Source of the DNA: Deltaproteobacteria bacterium | Lineage (GTDB): Bacteria > Desulfobacterota > DSM-4660 > Desulfatiglandales > HGW-15 | Assembly: GCA_019308745.1 (NCBI GenBank) | Contig: JAFDHO010000001.1 | Location: forward strand, 13,905-77,904 | DNA length: 64,000 nucleotides | Reading direction: 5' to 3' | Part shown: positions 50,490 to 60,232 of the stretch, in pieces | Layout: each line of letters opens with the position of its first letter | Numbering within the stretch: the stretch's first letter is position 1 | Notes under the pieces: model-generated | What the model saw: the letters and a program-made list of their open reading frames with translations, nothing else | Told to the model about the DNA's origin: nothing | The model's database searches: none | Translations under genes and position numbers: made by a program

Positions 50490-51245
50490 TCATGGTTCCT
50501 TGTCTGATCCATACTTACTCAAGTATCCCCTTGGAGTGACCATCTTTCCGGCCACCAGTCGTGTCTGTGAGTTTCCCACAAACACAATGGAGAGCATGTC
50601 CACCCGTGACAAGTCCGCCTCCGATGCAGGACCTACCACCACTTCCTGGCCGTCCCGCATGGCATTACGAACGATGCCCACGGGTGCATCATCACCTCTC
50701 CACTCACGCACCAGGTCCATTATTCTGCCCAGTTGCCAATCTCGCTTCCGTGAGCTTGGATTGTAGATGACGAGGACGAAGTCCGCTTCGAGGGCCGCCT
50801 TCGCGCGGCGCTCGATGATCTTCCATGGAGTCAGAAGATCACTCAGGCTAATGACGGCAAAGTCATGCATCAACGGGGCGCCCAGTAGAGAGGCTGCCGC
50901 GGTAAGGGCTGGTATCCCGGGGACCATTTCCACGTCCAGATCATCCACGAGCCCCTGTTCAATCAGAAGATCCATGATCAGCCCGGCCATTCCGTATATC
51001 CCGGCATCTCCGCTGCTAACTATGGCCGTGCTCCTTCCTTCAAGGGCCTTTTCTATGGCCCCCTTGCAGCGCTCGATCTCCTTGGTCATACCTGTTGATA
51101 CAACTTCTTTCCCCTTCAAGAGCCCTGGTTCGATCAATTGGATATACCCTTTGTACCCCACGATGACCTCGGCACCTTCCAGGGTCTCCTTCGCCCTGGG
51201 AGACAAATGCTCCGGGCTGCCAGGGCCAAGTCCGACGACTCTCAA
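50490..51245 (-). CDS. cbiH: Cobalt-precorrin-3 C17-methyltransferase
   Basis: LRVVGLGPGSPEHLSPRAKETLEGAEVIVGY. A TTG start at 51245 forming a TTGA overlap with the cbiG stop is preferred to the 100-nt overlapping ATG at 51341. Confidence 0.8.
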   Translation of the reverse strand: MRVVGLGPGSPEHLSPRAKETLEGAEVIVGYKGYIQLIEPGLLKGKEVVSTGMTKEIERCKGAIEKALEGRSTAIVSSGDAGIYGMAGLIMDLLIEQGLVDDLDVEMVPGIPALTAAASLLGAPLMHDFAVISLSDLLTPWKIIERRAKAALEADFVLVIYNPSSRKRDWQLGRIMDLVREWRGDDAPVGIVRNAMRDGQEVVVGPASEADLSRVDMLSIVFVGNSQTRLVAGKMVTPRGYLSKYGSDKEP

Positions 51246-52279
51246 GGTGCCACGGCCACGGCCAGGGCCACGTTGCCCGATATCCGCTTGGGAACGATGA
51301 GCTCCCCGCCCCCTGCCCCCGTTATGGCTGCTGCTTCGCATACGCTTCGTGCTCCCACATATCTTTTTGCCATGTCAGAAGGATTGGGCACCTTCACCCT
51401 ATCCAACTCCTCTGCCGGGAAAAACCTTATCTCCGTCCCCAGGGAAGAGGCCGCCTCGAGCAGTCCCTCCTCATCCCTCTTGAGGTCAATGGTGGAAAGG
51501 CACAGGATGCTCCCGAGACCTAAACCCTCGGAACCGAACAACTCCCGGATCACCCGGTATATCTCCCGAGCCGTGGTGCCCCGGTTGCATCCCAGACCGA
51601 CCACAAGACATCGAGGGTGGAGGACCAGTTGTTTGGCAATCGGCACCTTTTCCTTCCAGGTGACCCATAGGCCGGGAATGCCCGGCCGCCAGTCCCCTTC
51701 CCTGACCACTTCTACAACCTCTATCGCCGGTATACCCCTTCTTAGCCCCATCCTGTCTTCAGGATCAAAGACCTGGATCGGACCCCCCTCAAGGAGTGCC
51801 GCGTTGACGTGCTTTATTCCGTCCGTGTTCCCTATGGACAAGCCCCTTTCAAGGGCCAGGACGTCTATAGATGGGAGGCCCTCTTGGTCCGTGGCTGTAG
51901 TGATAACCGCCTCCCCGCCCGTGATGCCGGCGATTCTCCGGGCAAGGTCATTGCCTCCCCCGAGGTGGCCCGAGAGCAGGCTGATGACATACCGCCCCTC
52001 CTGATCCACCACCACAACGGCCGGATCCGTGACCTTGGAACGGATGAGGCGGCCAATGGTTCGGACCGCTATCCCCGTGGCCCCAATGAACACATGGGCA
52101 CCGTAGTCCCCGAACCGGGATTGGACCAAGGGGGCCACCGCTGAAAAGGGGATCGCGTCGAAGTCTTCTGCAAGCCTCCGGGGCAGGAATAGATCGCCCC
52201 TTAACGCCTCGCAAATCCGCCTCCCGAGCGTCGCCCCCTTTCGTGTGAATGCGTAGATGGCTGTCCTGCCCGGCGACAT
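51242..52279 (-). CDS. cbiG: Cobalt-precorrin-5A hydrolase
   Basis: 345 aa with a two-domain CbiG-like organisation (IYAFTRKGATLGRRI...; C-terminal GVGCNRGT-type block LVVGLGCNRGTTA). Confidence 0.8.
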   Translation of the reverse strand: MSPGRTAIYAFTRKGATLGRRICEALRGDLFLPRRLAEDFDAIPFSAVAPLVQSRFGDYGAHVFIGATGIAVRTIGRLIRSKVTDPAVVVVDQEGRYVISLLSGHLGGGNDLARRIAGITGGEAVITTATDQEGLPSIDVLALERGLSIGNTDGIKHVNAALLEGGPIQVFDPEDRMGLRRGIPAIEVVEVVREGDWRPGIPGLWVTWKEKVPIAKQLVLHPRCLVVGLGCNRGTTAREIYRVIRELFGSEGLGLGSILCLSTIDLKRDEEGLLEAASSLGTEIRFFPAEELDRVKVPNPSDMAKRYVGARSVCEAAAITGAGGGELIVPKRISGNVALAVAVAP

Positions 52280-52285
52280 GCCGCC

Positions 52286-53095
52286 CTAGCCCCCATCCTT
52301 CTGTGGCCCGGTTTTTCCGTGCCTAAACCCGTGGGAAAAGGCCGCATCATAGAGCCTTGAACGGGCCTCTCCCTCCTCTCCGGGAAGGACCAGGAATACC
52401 GCCTGTCTTTTTATCCCCTTGTCCTTCACCTCGGCTGCCAATCGGGACAGGGTCGTGAACAGGATGGTTTCATCTTCCCATCCAATCCTGTGCCCCACGA
52501 CCACGGTAGTATGGGGAGGGTATCCTCCATCCAGAAGGCCCTTTGCCACTTCGTCCACCCTGGAGGCGGAGAGGTAAAGGACTATGGTGCACTGGTGAGT
52601 CGAGAGGTTTCTCAGCTCTTCCTTATCGGGAACCGGTGTCCTGCCTGCTGCCCTGGCAAAAATGACTGTCTGGGTCGCTTCCGGCACGGTGAGAGACACC
52701 TTTGCTGCCGCCGCCGCAGCAAAGCCCGCCGTCACCCCCGGTATCACCTGATAGGGAACCTTTTCCCTGTCCAGGAGCTTCATCTGCTCTTTCACGGCGC
52801 CGTAAAGGGACGGATCACCCGTGTGGACCCGGGCAACCGTTCCTCCGGAACGTACCACGTCCATGACGGCCTCATGGATCTCCTCCAGGGGCATGGACGA
52901 TGAATCCAGGACCCTGGCGCCCTTCTTGGCGCATGAGACCACTTCCCTTGGCACCAGGGATCCGGCATAGAGGACCAGGTCCGCCTCCATGATGCGTCGC
53001 CGTCCCTTCACCGTAATCAATTCGGGATCCCCCGGCCCCGCGCCCACAAAGGTAACCGGACAGGAATTGTCTTTGATCGGTCTCCCCTCTTTCAC
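52286..53095 (-). CDS. cbiF: Cobalt-precorrin-4 C11-methyltransferase
   Basis: VTFVGAGPGDPELITVKG. GTG at 53095 after AAGGGG. Confidence 0.85.
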   Translation of the reverse strand: MKEGRPIKDNSCPVTFVGAGPGDPELITVKGRRRIMEADLVLYAGSLVPREVVSCAKKGARVLDSSSMPLEEIHEAVMDVVRSGGTVARVHTGDPSLYGAVKEQMKLLDREKVPYQVIPGVTAGFAAAAAAKVSLTVPEATQTVIFARAAGRTPVPDKEELRNLSTHQCTIVLYLSASRVDEVAKGLLDGGYPPHTTVVVGHRIGWEDETILFTTLSRLAAEVKDKGIKRQAVFLVLPGEEGEARSRLYDAAFSHGFRHGKTGPQKDGG

Positions 53096-53108
53096 GATTG
53101 CCCCTTTG

Positions 53109-54326
53109 CTAGTCCTTCGGTTTCTGAGCACTCAAAACAAAGACCGGATTGAGCCCCTCGAGCCTCAGGTCGCCTGACGTCTCCCTGGAGCGGGCCACGT
53201 GGACCTGGGTGATGCCAAAAGGCCATTTGAGGGTCTCCAGGTATCCCTTCACCTGCCACAGAGACCCCATGAGGACCGCGTTGACCACCATCCTCCCCCC
53301 GGGCCGAAGCCTCTCTGCGACCGGCTCCAGGATCTCCTGACCATGCCTCAGGCCTCCCCCCAGGAAGACCCTGTCAGGATCGGGGAGCGAGACCAGGCAT
53401 CCCGGCATTGTCCCTTCAACCACCTCGACACCATAAGCGCCCGTCCTCCGGATGTTCTCCCCGATCTGCTGCGCCCGTTCTCTGTCCTTCTCAACCGCGT
53501 AGACCCGTCCTTCCCTGCTAAAACAGGACGCCTCGATGGCAACGGAACCACACCCGGCCCCTAGGTCCCAGACCGTATTCCCCGGCCTTACACGCATCAG
53601 CGCAAGGGCCACGACCCTTATCTCCCTCTTGGTGATCATCCCCCTTTCGTGGACGTAGGAGTCGTCTTCGATGCCCAGCCCGAGAGGGATCTCGGGTTGT
53701 CTGACCCGGCGCAGCAACAGGAAGTTGAGGTGCGAAAACTGGAGTTTCTCTGCCTCTTCAAGGGAGACCTCCCTGACCTTCTGGCCTTCCCTGCACAGGT
53801 CCTCCAGCACGGTCATGGCAAAGGTCTCTATCCCCCTGTCCCTCAAGACGCGCGCCACGAGTGCTGGCCCTTGAGCATCCCCCGTGTAGACCCCGACCCT
53901 ATCGGAAAAGGCAAGGGCCCTCAGGAGGGGCCGGATGTCCTTGCGGCCATGGAGGGAGACGGTCCTTATATCCTCCCACGGTATCTTCAACAGGGATGCC
54001 GCTACCTGGAGTGTGGTGACATTGGGGTGGAACTCGACGCGGTCTTTTCCCAGGAAATCCATGAGCCTTCTTCCTATGCCGAAGAACAGGGGGTCTCCGT
54101 CTGCCAGCACCACCACTTCCCTGTCACGGTCCGCCTCTTCCTCTATCCTCTTGAACACCTTGTCCAGGTCGCCCTTTACAGGGATCGCCTCCCCCTTGAA
54201 ATCCTGGAAAAGGGCAAGGAAGCGCCCCCCTGCAACCAGGATGTCCGCACCGTAAATCAGATCGTTGAACCCCTCGGGCATGTTCCAGGGATCCATCCCC
54301 GCGCCTATTATGCGCACCTTCTTCAT
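53109..54326 (-). CDS. cbiET: Fused cobalt-precorrin-7 C5-methyltransferase / cobalt-precorrin-6B C15-methyltransferase (decarboxylating)
   Basis: N-terminal tetrapyrrole-methylase half (MKKVRIIGAGMDP) and C-terminal SAM-MTase half (VWDLGAGCGSVAIEA). Confidence 0.8.
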   Translation of the reverse strand: MKKVRIIGAGMDPWNMPEGFNDLIYGADILVAGGRFLALFQDFKGEAIPVKGDLDKVFKRIEEEADRDREVVVLADGDPLFFGIGRRLMDFLGKDRVEFHPNVTTLQVAASLLKIPWEDIRTVSLHGRKDIRPLLRALAFSDRVGVYTGDAQGPALVARVLRDRGIETFAMTVLEDLCREGQKVREVSLEEAEKLQFSHLNFLLLRRVRQPEIPLGLGIEDDSYVHERGMITKREIRVVALALMRVRPGNTVWDLGAGCGSVAIEASCFSREGRVYAVEKDRERAQQIGENIRRTGAYGVEVVEGTMPGCLVSLPDPDRVFLGGGLRHGQEILEPVAERLRPGGRMVVNAVLMGSLWQVKGYLETLKWPFGITQVHVARSRETSGDLRLEGLNPVFVLSAQKPKD

Positions 54327-54442
54327 GGCACCATACCTTTCGTGCGAGCAATCAGGCTTTCCAGCCTCTCCAAGGGCGACTGTTGCCAATGGTTTGGCCC
54401 GCCGCAGGACTTTCCCTTGACGTCCCGGCCATCCGGAAGGGG

Positions 54443-55567
54443 CTATCCTCCCGGGTCCCGATCCCTGTCCTCATCTGTCATTTCTGCCAACAGTTCCCCT
54501 TCCGTGGAAAAGACACAGTAGGTAATCCGGGGACCTTTTCCGGCAAAGCCTCGCGCATGGAAAAGGGCTTCTCGGATCACGCGCCTCAAGATCCCGTCTC
54601 TAACCCCCGAGCCGCTGATGATCTCCAGGGCCTCTCTCGCCGTATTGGCTCCCTTTATCAAACCTGCGGTCTCATCATCCATCCCCTCTTCTCTGGACCA
54701 ATGGGACAGGGATGGCAGGTCAATGGTGGATTTCCTCGCATGGGTGCAACCGTGGCCCCGGGCCATCTTCAGGAGTTTTCCGAAGAAACAGGCATAGGCG
54801 ATATGCCTGAAGGACCTCTGAGAGGCCTCTTCCAGGGAGAACCTGAAGAAATCAGCTACCTGAATAAAACAGACCTCTGGAAGATCTTTGCGGTGGTTTC
54901 TCATGAACCGCTCGCTCCTGCCTCCGGTACTGAGGACCATGGTATCGGATCCCTGGGCCTGCGCCACGTCCATGGCGAGGGTGATGGTGGCCTTATAGGC
55001 CTGGTTGGAGAAGGGGATGACCGTGCCCCTGGTCCCCAGGATGGATATCCCTCCCACAATGCCCAGCCTCGAGTTGAGGGTCTTTCGTGCCATCTCCTCT
55101 CCCCGGGGCACCTCTATCCTGACGGTCACCTCTCCCTCATGGCCCGTCTCTCTCAAGCCTTCCAGCACCGCCTTGGTTATCTGCCTCCGGGGCGCCGGGT
55201 TAATGGCCGACTCACCCACGAGTACGGGCAAACCAGGTCGCGTCACCCGGCCTACGCCCCGCCCTCCTTTGATGACAACGTGACCCGGGGCACCCCCCTT
55301 GTTCAGGGTAACCGTGCACCATATCTGAGCCCTGTGGGTCACGTCAGGGTCGTCCCCCGCGTCCTTGATGACGAGGGCCCTGGCCCCAGCGCCTTCCCTT
55401 TCCACGTGTCCCACGGGGATCTGCAATCGGCCCTCTTCCGGCAGGGGTATATCCACCGAACTCGGCCCCTCCTGTCCTCCCAGCACAAGGACGGCTGCCT
55501 TGGCTGCCGCAGCAGCCGATGACCCGGTAGTGAATCCTGTACGAAGTTTTCTCCTTCTTTTCCCCAT
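54443..55567 (-). CDS. cbiD: Cobalt-precorrin-5B C1-methyltransferase
   Basis: LRTGFTTGSSAAAAAKAAVL N-terminus, 374 aa. Confidence 0.85.
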   Translation of the reverse strand: MGKRRRKLRTGFTTGSSAAAAAKAAVLVLGGQEGPSSVDIPLPEEGRLQIPVGHVEREGAGARALVIKDAGDDPDVTHRAQIWCTVTLNKGGAPGHVVIKGGRGVGRVTRPGLPVLVGESAINPAPRRQITKAVLEGLRETGHEGEVTVRIEVPRGEEMARKTLNSRLGIVGGISILGTRGTVIPFSNQAYKATITLAMDVAQAQGSDTMVLSTGGRSERFMRNHRKDLPEVCFIQVADFFRFSLEEASQRSFRHIAYACFFGKLLKMARGHGCTHARKSTIDLPSLSHWSREEGMDDETAGLIKGANTAREALEIISGSGVRDGILRRVIREALFHARGFAGKGPRITYCVFSTEGELLAEMTDEDRDRDPGG

Positions 55568-55580
55568 TCAGACCTCTGCC

Positions 55581-56240
55581 TCAAGGGATCTCCTTTTGGA
55601 TCCTCTCTTTCGCCAGGCCGGCAAGGGCATTTATCACGGTCGCGGCCAGGGCGGATCCCCCTTTGCGGCCCCTAATGGTTATATAGGGCACCCTGCCCTG
55701 TTCCACGAGCCTTTCCTTGGATTCCGCCGCGTTAACAAACCCGACGGGCATACCAACCACGAGGGCAGGCCGGCACAGGCCGCTTTCCACGAGGTCCAGG
55801 AGCCTCATGAGGGCGGTGGGGGCATTGCCTATGACATATATCCCGCCGTTGATCCTGTTGAAGACCCGGTCCACGGCCGCACTGGCCCTTGTTATTCCCT
55901 CTCCTCTTGACCGCCGCACGACCTCCTCGTCACCGATATGACATTCCACGGTGCATCTCCATTTCTCAAGGCGCCTTGGGCCTATCCCGACCTTTACCAT
56001 CTCCGTGTCCGTCGCCAGGAGACAGCCCCTGGTTATGGCCCCTAGGCCCGCTTCAATGGCGTCCGGATGAAAATCGACCAGTTCCAGCAATTCGAAATCA
56101 GCACTCGTATGGATCATTCGCCTCACGATGACCCACTCGTCTCCCTCAAATGGCCTGGGCTCAGGCACCTCGGCATCAATGATGCTCAGGGACAGACGCT
56201 CTATTTCCGAAGGCCCCGGCGGGCCGGTCCTGTTGTTCAT
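55581..56240 (-). CDS. cbiC: Cobalt-precorrin-8 methylmutase
   Basis: The start is set at ATG 56240 (MNNRTGPPGPSEIE). Contains the IHTSADFELLE block. 219 aa. Confidence 0.8.
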   Translation of the reverse strand: MNNRTGPPGPSEIERLSLSIIDAEVPEPRPFEGDEWVIVRRMIHTSADFELLELVDFHPDAIEAGLGAITRGCLLATDTEMVKVGIGPRRLEKWRCTVECHIGDEEVVRRSRGEGITRASAAVDRVFNRINGGIYVIGNAPTALMRLLDLVESGLCRPALVVGMPVGFVNAAESKERLVEQGRVPYITIRGRKGGSALAATVINALAGLAKERIQKEIP

Positions 56241-56268
56241 GCTCTTTCCCCCACAGCCTGCTGCAATT

Positions 56269-57645
56269 TCACTTCCCGCAATACTCCACAAAGGACCCGG
56301 CAATATCCGGATTGCTCCCCCAGTGAAGATGGATATAAGATCCGAGGGTCCTTTCCAGCATGAAGCCCTCCGGCCTGGACCCCGGATGCCTCCTGTCTCC
56401 CACCTCATACACGCGCCTTACGGAAGAGGGCATGTCCTTCACGTCGGAGTAATGGAACTCGTGCCCCCTGGAGACGGTCCCACGAGAACCCAACAGGGTC
56501 CTCTCCCTGGTCCTGACCTCCCTGTACCCCAGGGCCTGAAGCTTAGGCCTCATCTCCGCATTGGCGGGAAAGAGGCCGACCAGACGGTGTTCTCTGCCTT
56601 CTTTGTCCGTGATGCCGTTTGTGAGAAGCATAAATCCCCCGCACTCGGCGTATACGGGTCCTCCTGACATGGCAAACTCCTTGATCTCGCGAAGCATCTG
56701 TCCGTTGGCAGCCAGATCCCGGCAGTACAATTCCGGATATCCCCCCCCCAGGATCAATCCCTTGACGCCATGGGGCAGGCCCGTGTCCCTCAAGGGCGAG
56801 AAGGGGACAAGCCGTGCTCCTGCCTCCCGCAGGAGCCTCAGGTTCTCCGGATAGTAGAAGGTAAAGGCCCGGTCCATGGCAATACCTATGGGTACGGAGC
56901 CCTGTTCTGATTGACGGGGAATATCCTGTTGCAGGTCAGTCCCCCGGGTGGAGCCGTGCACCCTTGTCTCATCCAGGATGCGATCAAGGTCAAGAGCCCT
57001 CTCCACCCACTGGGCCAGCCTGTCGATACCCTCCTGGTCTAGGGGATTGTCTTCATCCGTTACGAGCCCGAGGTGCCTGGAGGGGATCTCCAGGTCCTCT
57101 TCCCTCGGAAGCCCGCCGAGCACGGGAAGGTCCGGTAATGCACTGTCCATAGCTCGCCTCAGGAATTCCCTGTGAGCATCGCTCCCCACCCTGTTGAATA
57201 TCACCCCCTTCAGGGGAAGCTCGGGATCAAAACTGCTGAAGCCCATGGCCAATGCGGCGCATGAGCGGGCCATGGATCTGGCATCTATGACCAGGATCAC
57301 CGGAATTCCCAGGTGCTTTGCCATCTCGGCCGTGGACCCTTCCTGGCTCTCGCCGGACACACCATCGAACAACCCCATGACCCCTTCCACCACAGCCGCG
57401 TCCGCATCCCTGGTGTACCTGGAGAATATGTGCTCGCAATACTCGAGCCCGATCATCCATCCGTCAAGGTTGTGGCAGTCCCTTCCCGTCACCCGTCTGT
57501 GGTGTCCGGGATCGATGAAATCAGGGCCCACCTTGAAGGGCTGAACCCTCAAACCCCTCCTTACGAGTGCCGCCATTATCCCCAGGGAGACGATGGTCTT
57601 GCCGCACCCGCTCTGGGTCCCCGCAATACAGACAGATGAAATCAT
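56269..57645 (-). CDS. cbiA: Cobyrinate a,c-diamide synthase
   Basis: MISSVCIAGTQSGCGKT P-loop. C-terminal glutamine amidotransferase half with AECGGFM. ATGA overlap with cobQ. Confidence 0.85.
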   Translation of the reverse strand: MISSVCIAGTQSGCGKTIVSLGIMAALVRRGLRVQPFKVGPDFIDPGHHRRVTGRDCHNLDGWMIGLEYCEHIFSRYTRDADAAVVEGVMGLFDGVSGESQEGSTAEMAKHLGIPVILVIDARSMARSCAALAMGFSSFDPELPLKGVIFNRVGSDAHREFLRRAMDSALPDLPVLGGLPREEDLEIPSRHLGLVTDEDNPLDQEGIDRLAQWVERALDLDRILDETRVHGSTRGTDLQQDIPRQSEQGSVPIGIAMDRAFTFYYPENLRLLREAGARLVPFSPLRDTGLPHGVKGLILGGGYPELYCRDLAANGQMLREIKEFAMSGGPVYAECGGFMLLTNGITDKEGREHRLVGLFPANAEMRPKLQALGYREVRTRERTLLGSRGTVSRGHEFHYSDVKDMPSSVRRVYEVGDRRHPGSRPEGFMLERTLGSYIHLHWGSNPDIAGSFVEYCGK

Positions 57646-59171
57646 GACCTCAATTGTCCCTTTCTTATTGCCTTCTCTATTATTTTTTCGACATCGCAAT
57701 GCCTTTCAAAATGATCTGCCAGCCTGTCATACTCCCTGAAGCGAGCGAGCCTCCCCTGCCTGGGCTTCCTGGGCCGCAATCCCTTGGCCCTCCTCAACCG
57801 GTTCAGCAGGTGCCCCCTGATTTCCGGTGAGTCCAGGACGCCATGGACATAGGTCCCAATGACCCTTCCGTCTTCACTCACCCATCCGTCCTCCCACTTC
57901 CGCCCTTTTCCGGGTTCCTTCAGTAATGCAAAAGGCCGGCCCGTGCTTCCGACCGGAGTACTCCTTCCCATGTGGATCTCGTAGCCCTTCAGCTTACACC
58001 CGTAAAGGGGACATTCCCCGTTGACCCGCCTCACCACCTTGTCCTTGTCCAGCCTCGTCTCCACCGGCAGGAGGCCCAGCCCTCTCACCTCGCCTCGCCC
58101 CGATTCCACCCCGTGGGGGTCCTCGATCTCTTTCCCAAGGAGTTGGTATCCGCCACAGATGCCAAGCGTGGTTCTTCCCTGTGCCGCAAAGTCCGCAATT
58201 CTCTTCTTCCAGCCTCTTCGGCTTAGCCAGGCTGCGTCCTCCATGACATTCTTTGTGCCGGGTATAACGAGCAGATCGTACTCTGAGCTCAGCTCACCGG
58301 ATCGGGTAATATAGTTGACCACCACATCGGGCTCCCTTTCCAGGATCTCCAGATCCGTGAAATTAGAAATCGCCGGGAGTCTGAGGACGGCAACGTTCAC
58401 CGTTTCCTTTCCCACCGCCCGAAGCGCCCTCTTATCCTGCTGGACCGCCACGGAGTCCTCGGTGTCCACAAGAATATCTTCAAAAAAAGGGACAAGTCCC
58501 AGCACTGACTTGCCGGTCTTCTCTTCCAGGATCCTGATCCCGGAATGAAAGAGACGTGGGTCTCCCCTGAACTTGTTGATCAAGAATCCGATGGTAAGAT
58601 CTTGTTCGTCCTTGTCCATCAAGTCATAGGTCCCAATAACCTGGGCAAACACTCCTCCCTTGTCAATATCCGCCACAAGGACACAGGCCGCACCGGCGCT
58701 CTTTGCCATCCGGAAATTTACGAGGTCATTCTCCTTCAGATTCATCTCACAGCAACTTCCGGCCCCCTCCAAGACGATCACGTCATACTGCGAGGAGAGC
58801 CTGTCGTATGAATCCATCACTACCTGCCTCAGTGTCTCCTTGTACCCATGATACTCCATGGCGGTCAATTGGGTCGCCACCCTCCCCTGGACCACCACCT
58901 GGGCTGCCTGGCCGCTTGATGGCTTGAGGAGCACCGGGTTCATGTGGACCGAAGGCAGCAGACCCGCAGCCTCTGCCTGGGCCACCTGGGCCCTGCCTAT
59001 CTCGCCCCCCTCCACGGTCACATAGGAGTTATTGGACATGTTCTGGGCCTTGAAGGGGGCCACCCTGTATCCCCTCCTCTTCAGGATGCGGCAGAAGGCA
59101 GTGGCAGCAATAGACTTCCCTACGTCACTCCCCGTGCCCAGGAACATGAGTGTCTTGGCATCTCGCTTCAT
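57642..59171 (-). CDS. cobQ: Cobyric acid synthase
   Basis: LMFLGTGSDVGKSIAATAFCRIL N-terminus. C-terminal GATase with ICGGYQLLG. Confidence 0.9.
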   Translation of the reverse strand: MKRDAKTLMFLGTGSDVGKSIAATAFCRILKRRGYRVAPFKAQNMSNNSYVTVEGGEIGRAQVAQAEAAGLLPSVHMNPVLLKPSSGQAAQVVVQGRVATQLTAMEYHGYKETLRQVVMDSYDRLSSQYDVIVLEGAGSCCEMNLKENDLVNFRMAKSAGAACVLVADIDKGGVFAQVIGTYDLMDKDEQDLTIGFLINKFRGDPRLFHSGIRILEEKTGKSVLGLVPFFEDILVDTEDSVAVQQDKRALRAVGKETVNVAVLRLPAISNFTDLEILEREPDVVVNYITRSGELSSEYDLLVIPGTKNVMEDAAWLSRRGWKKRIADFAAQGRTTLGICGGYQLLGKEIEDPHGVESGRGEVRGLGLLPVETRLDKDKVVRRVNGECPLYGCKLKGYEIHMGRSTPVGSTGRPFALLKEPGKGRKWEDGWVSEDGRVIGTYVHGVLDSPEIRGHLLNRLRRAKGLRPRKPRQGRLARFREYDRLADHFERHCDVEKIIEKAIRKGQLRS

Positions 59172-60232
59172 ACGCCTATGATTCCCATGAAAAGAACATA
59201 GAGTGCTCCGGCTACCAAAAGGCTCCCAACCCTGAAGGCCTGTGTCAGGACCATGAGGCGGATCCCGGTGCCCGGTCTGAATATGCCCATGTAATAGGGC
59301 ATCTGGTGCCTCAGGGCTCGTATCGGCGCGGCCATGATATTTCCCGCGAGAAGTGCAAGGACCGTCTGGGACAAGGTCAAGGCCCCCGAATCCAGCATTG
59401 CGCCGGCAGCCGCATACCCGGAGGTAAACTCTGCGACCAGAGTGAATATGACCACAGACATGGCCTCAACCGGTATCAGATCACTGGTAAAAAGACCGGC
59501 AGCGCTTCTCCTGAGCCACAGGAAAAACCCCGCGTGGGAGGCCATTGCAATCACCAGGTACACGGGCAACACAATGAGCAAGATCCGCCTGATACGGGCC
59601 GCAAATTTCTTGGATGTCTCAGAAAATACCGTTTTCCAATGTTTCCTGGTCCCCGGGTCCTCCTGGTAAACGGATACCGCCGGAGGTAGCTTGAAGTGGG
59701 AGTAAGCCAGGACAGAAACCAGCCTTAAGATCGCAGCACCCAGGGTGACAAGGAGGTAAACGAGCCCTGCCTTTCCCACCAGGGGCAGGAGGACGAAGAA
59801 GGTCGTCGGCAGATGCACGAAATAGGTCGGAAAGGAATTCAAAAGGACCGACAGGGTAACCTCCCTCTTGCTTGCTCTTCCCTCCCCGTAGAAGGCCACG
59901 ACCATGGAAAGAGAGGCCGTTCCGGAAAAGAAGGCGGTGGTGAAGGCTGCACCCATCTGACTCGTGAGGTGTCCCCAGCGCATGAATGGGCGGGCCATCA
60001 CGGTCACTTTGTTTGTCCAGCCTGTGGCCTCAATGATCTGACCAACGAATAGCCCCATGGAGATGAAGAAAGTAAGCCTTATGAGAGGACGTGCCAGTCT
60101 CCCCCACAGAAATTCGGGGTCCACGCTCGGACCGGGGCCCTGGCCCGAAACCCTCGACATTATGATGAGCACCAGGGTAATCCCCAGTAAGGCATACAGT
60201 GCATAAGGGTGCCTCTTTGCCTTGTCCTTCAT
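59168..60232 (-). CDS. Polytopic membrane protein, nucleoside-recognition (Gate)-domain-like, embedded in the cbi operon
   Basis: The start is set at ATG 60232 (MKDKAKRHPYALYALLGITLVL). ATGA overlaps on both sides (60229-60232 and 59168-59171). About 354 aa and about 9-10 TM segments. The family call is tentative. Confidence 0.55.
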   Translation of the reverse strand: MKDKAKRHPYALYALLGITLVLIIMSRVSGQGPGPSVDPEFLWGRLARPLIRLTFFISMGLFVGQIIEATGWTNKVTVMARPFMRWGHLTSQMGAAFTTAFFSGTASLSMVVAFYGEGRASKREVTLSVLLNSFPTYFVHLPTTFFVLLPLVGKAGLVYLLVTLGAAILRLVSVLAYSHFKLPPAVSVYQEDPGTRKHWKTVFSETSKKFAARIRRILLIVLPVYLVIAMASHAGFFLWLRRSAAGLFTSDLIPVEAMSVVIFTLVAEFTSGYAAAGAMLDSGALTLSQTVLALLAGNIMAAPIRALRHQMPYYMGIFRPGTGIRLMVLTQAFRVGSLLVAGALYVLFMGIIGV

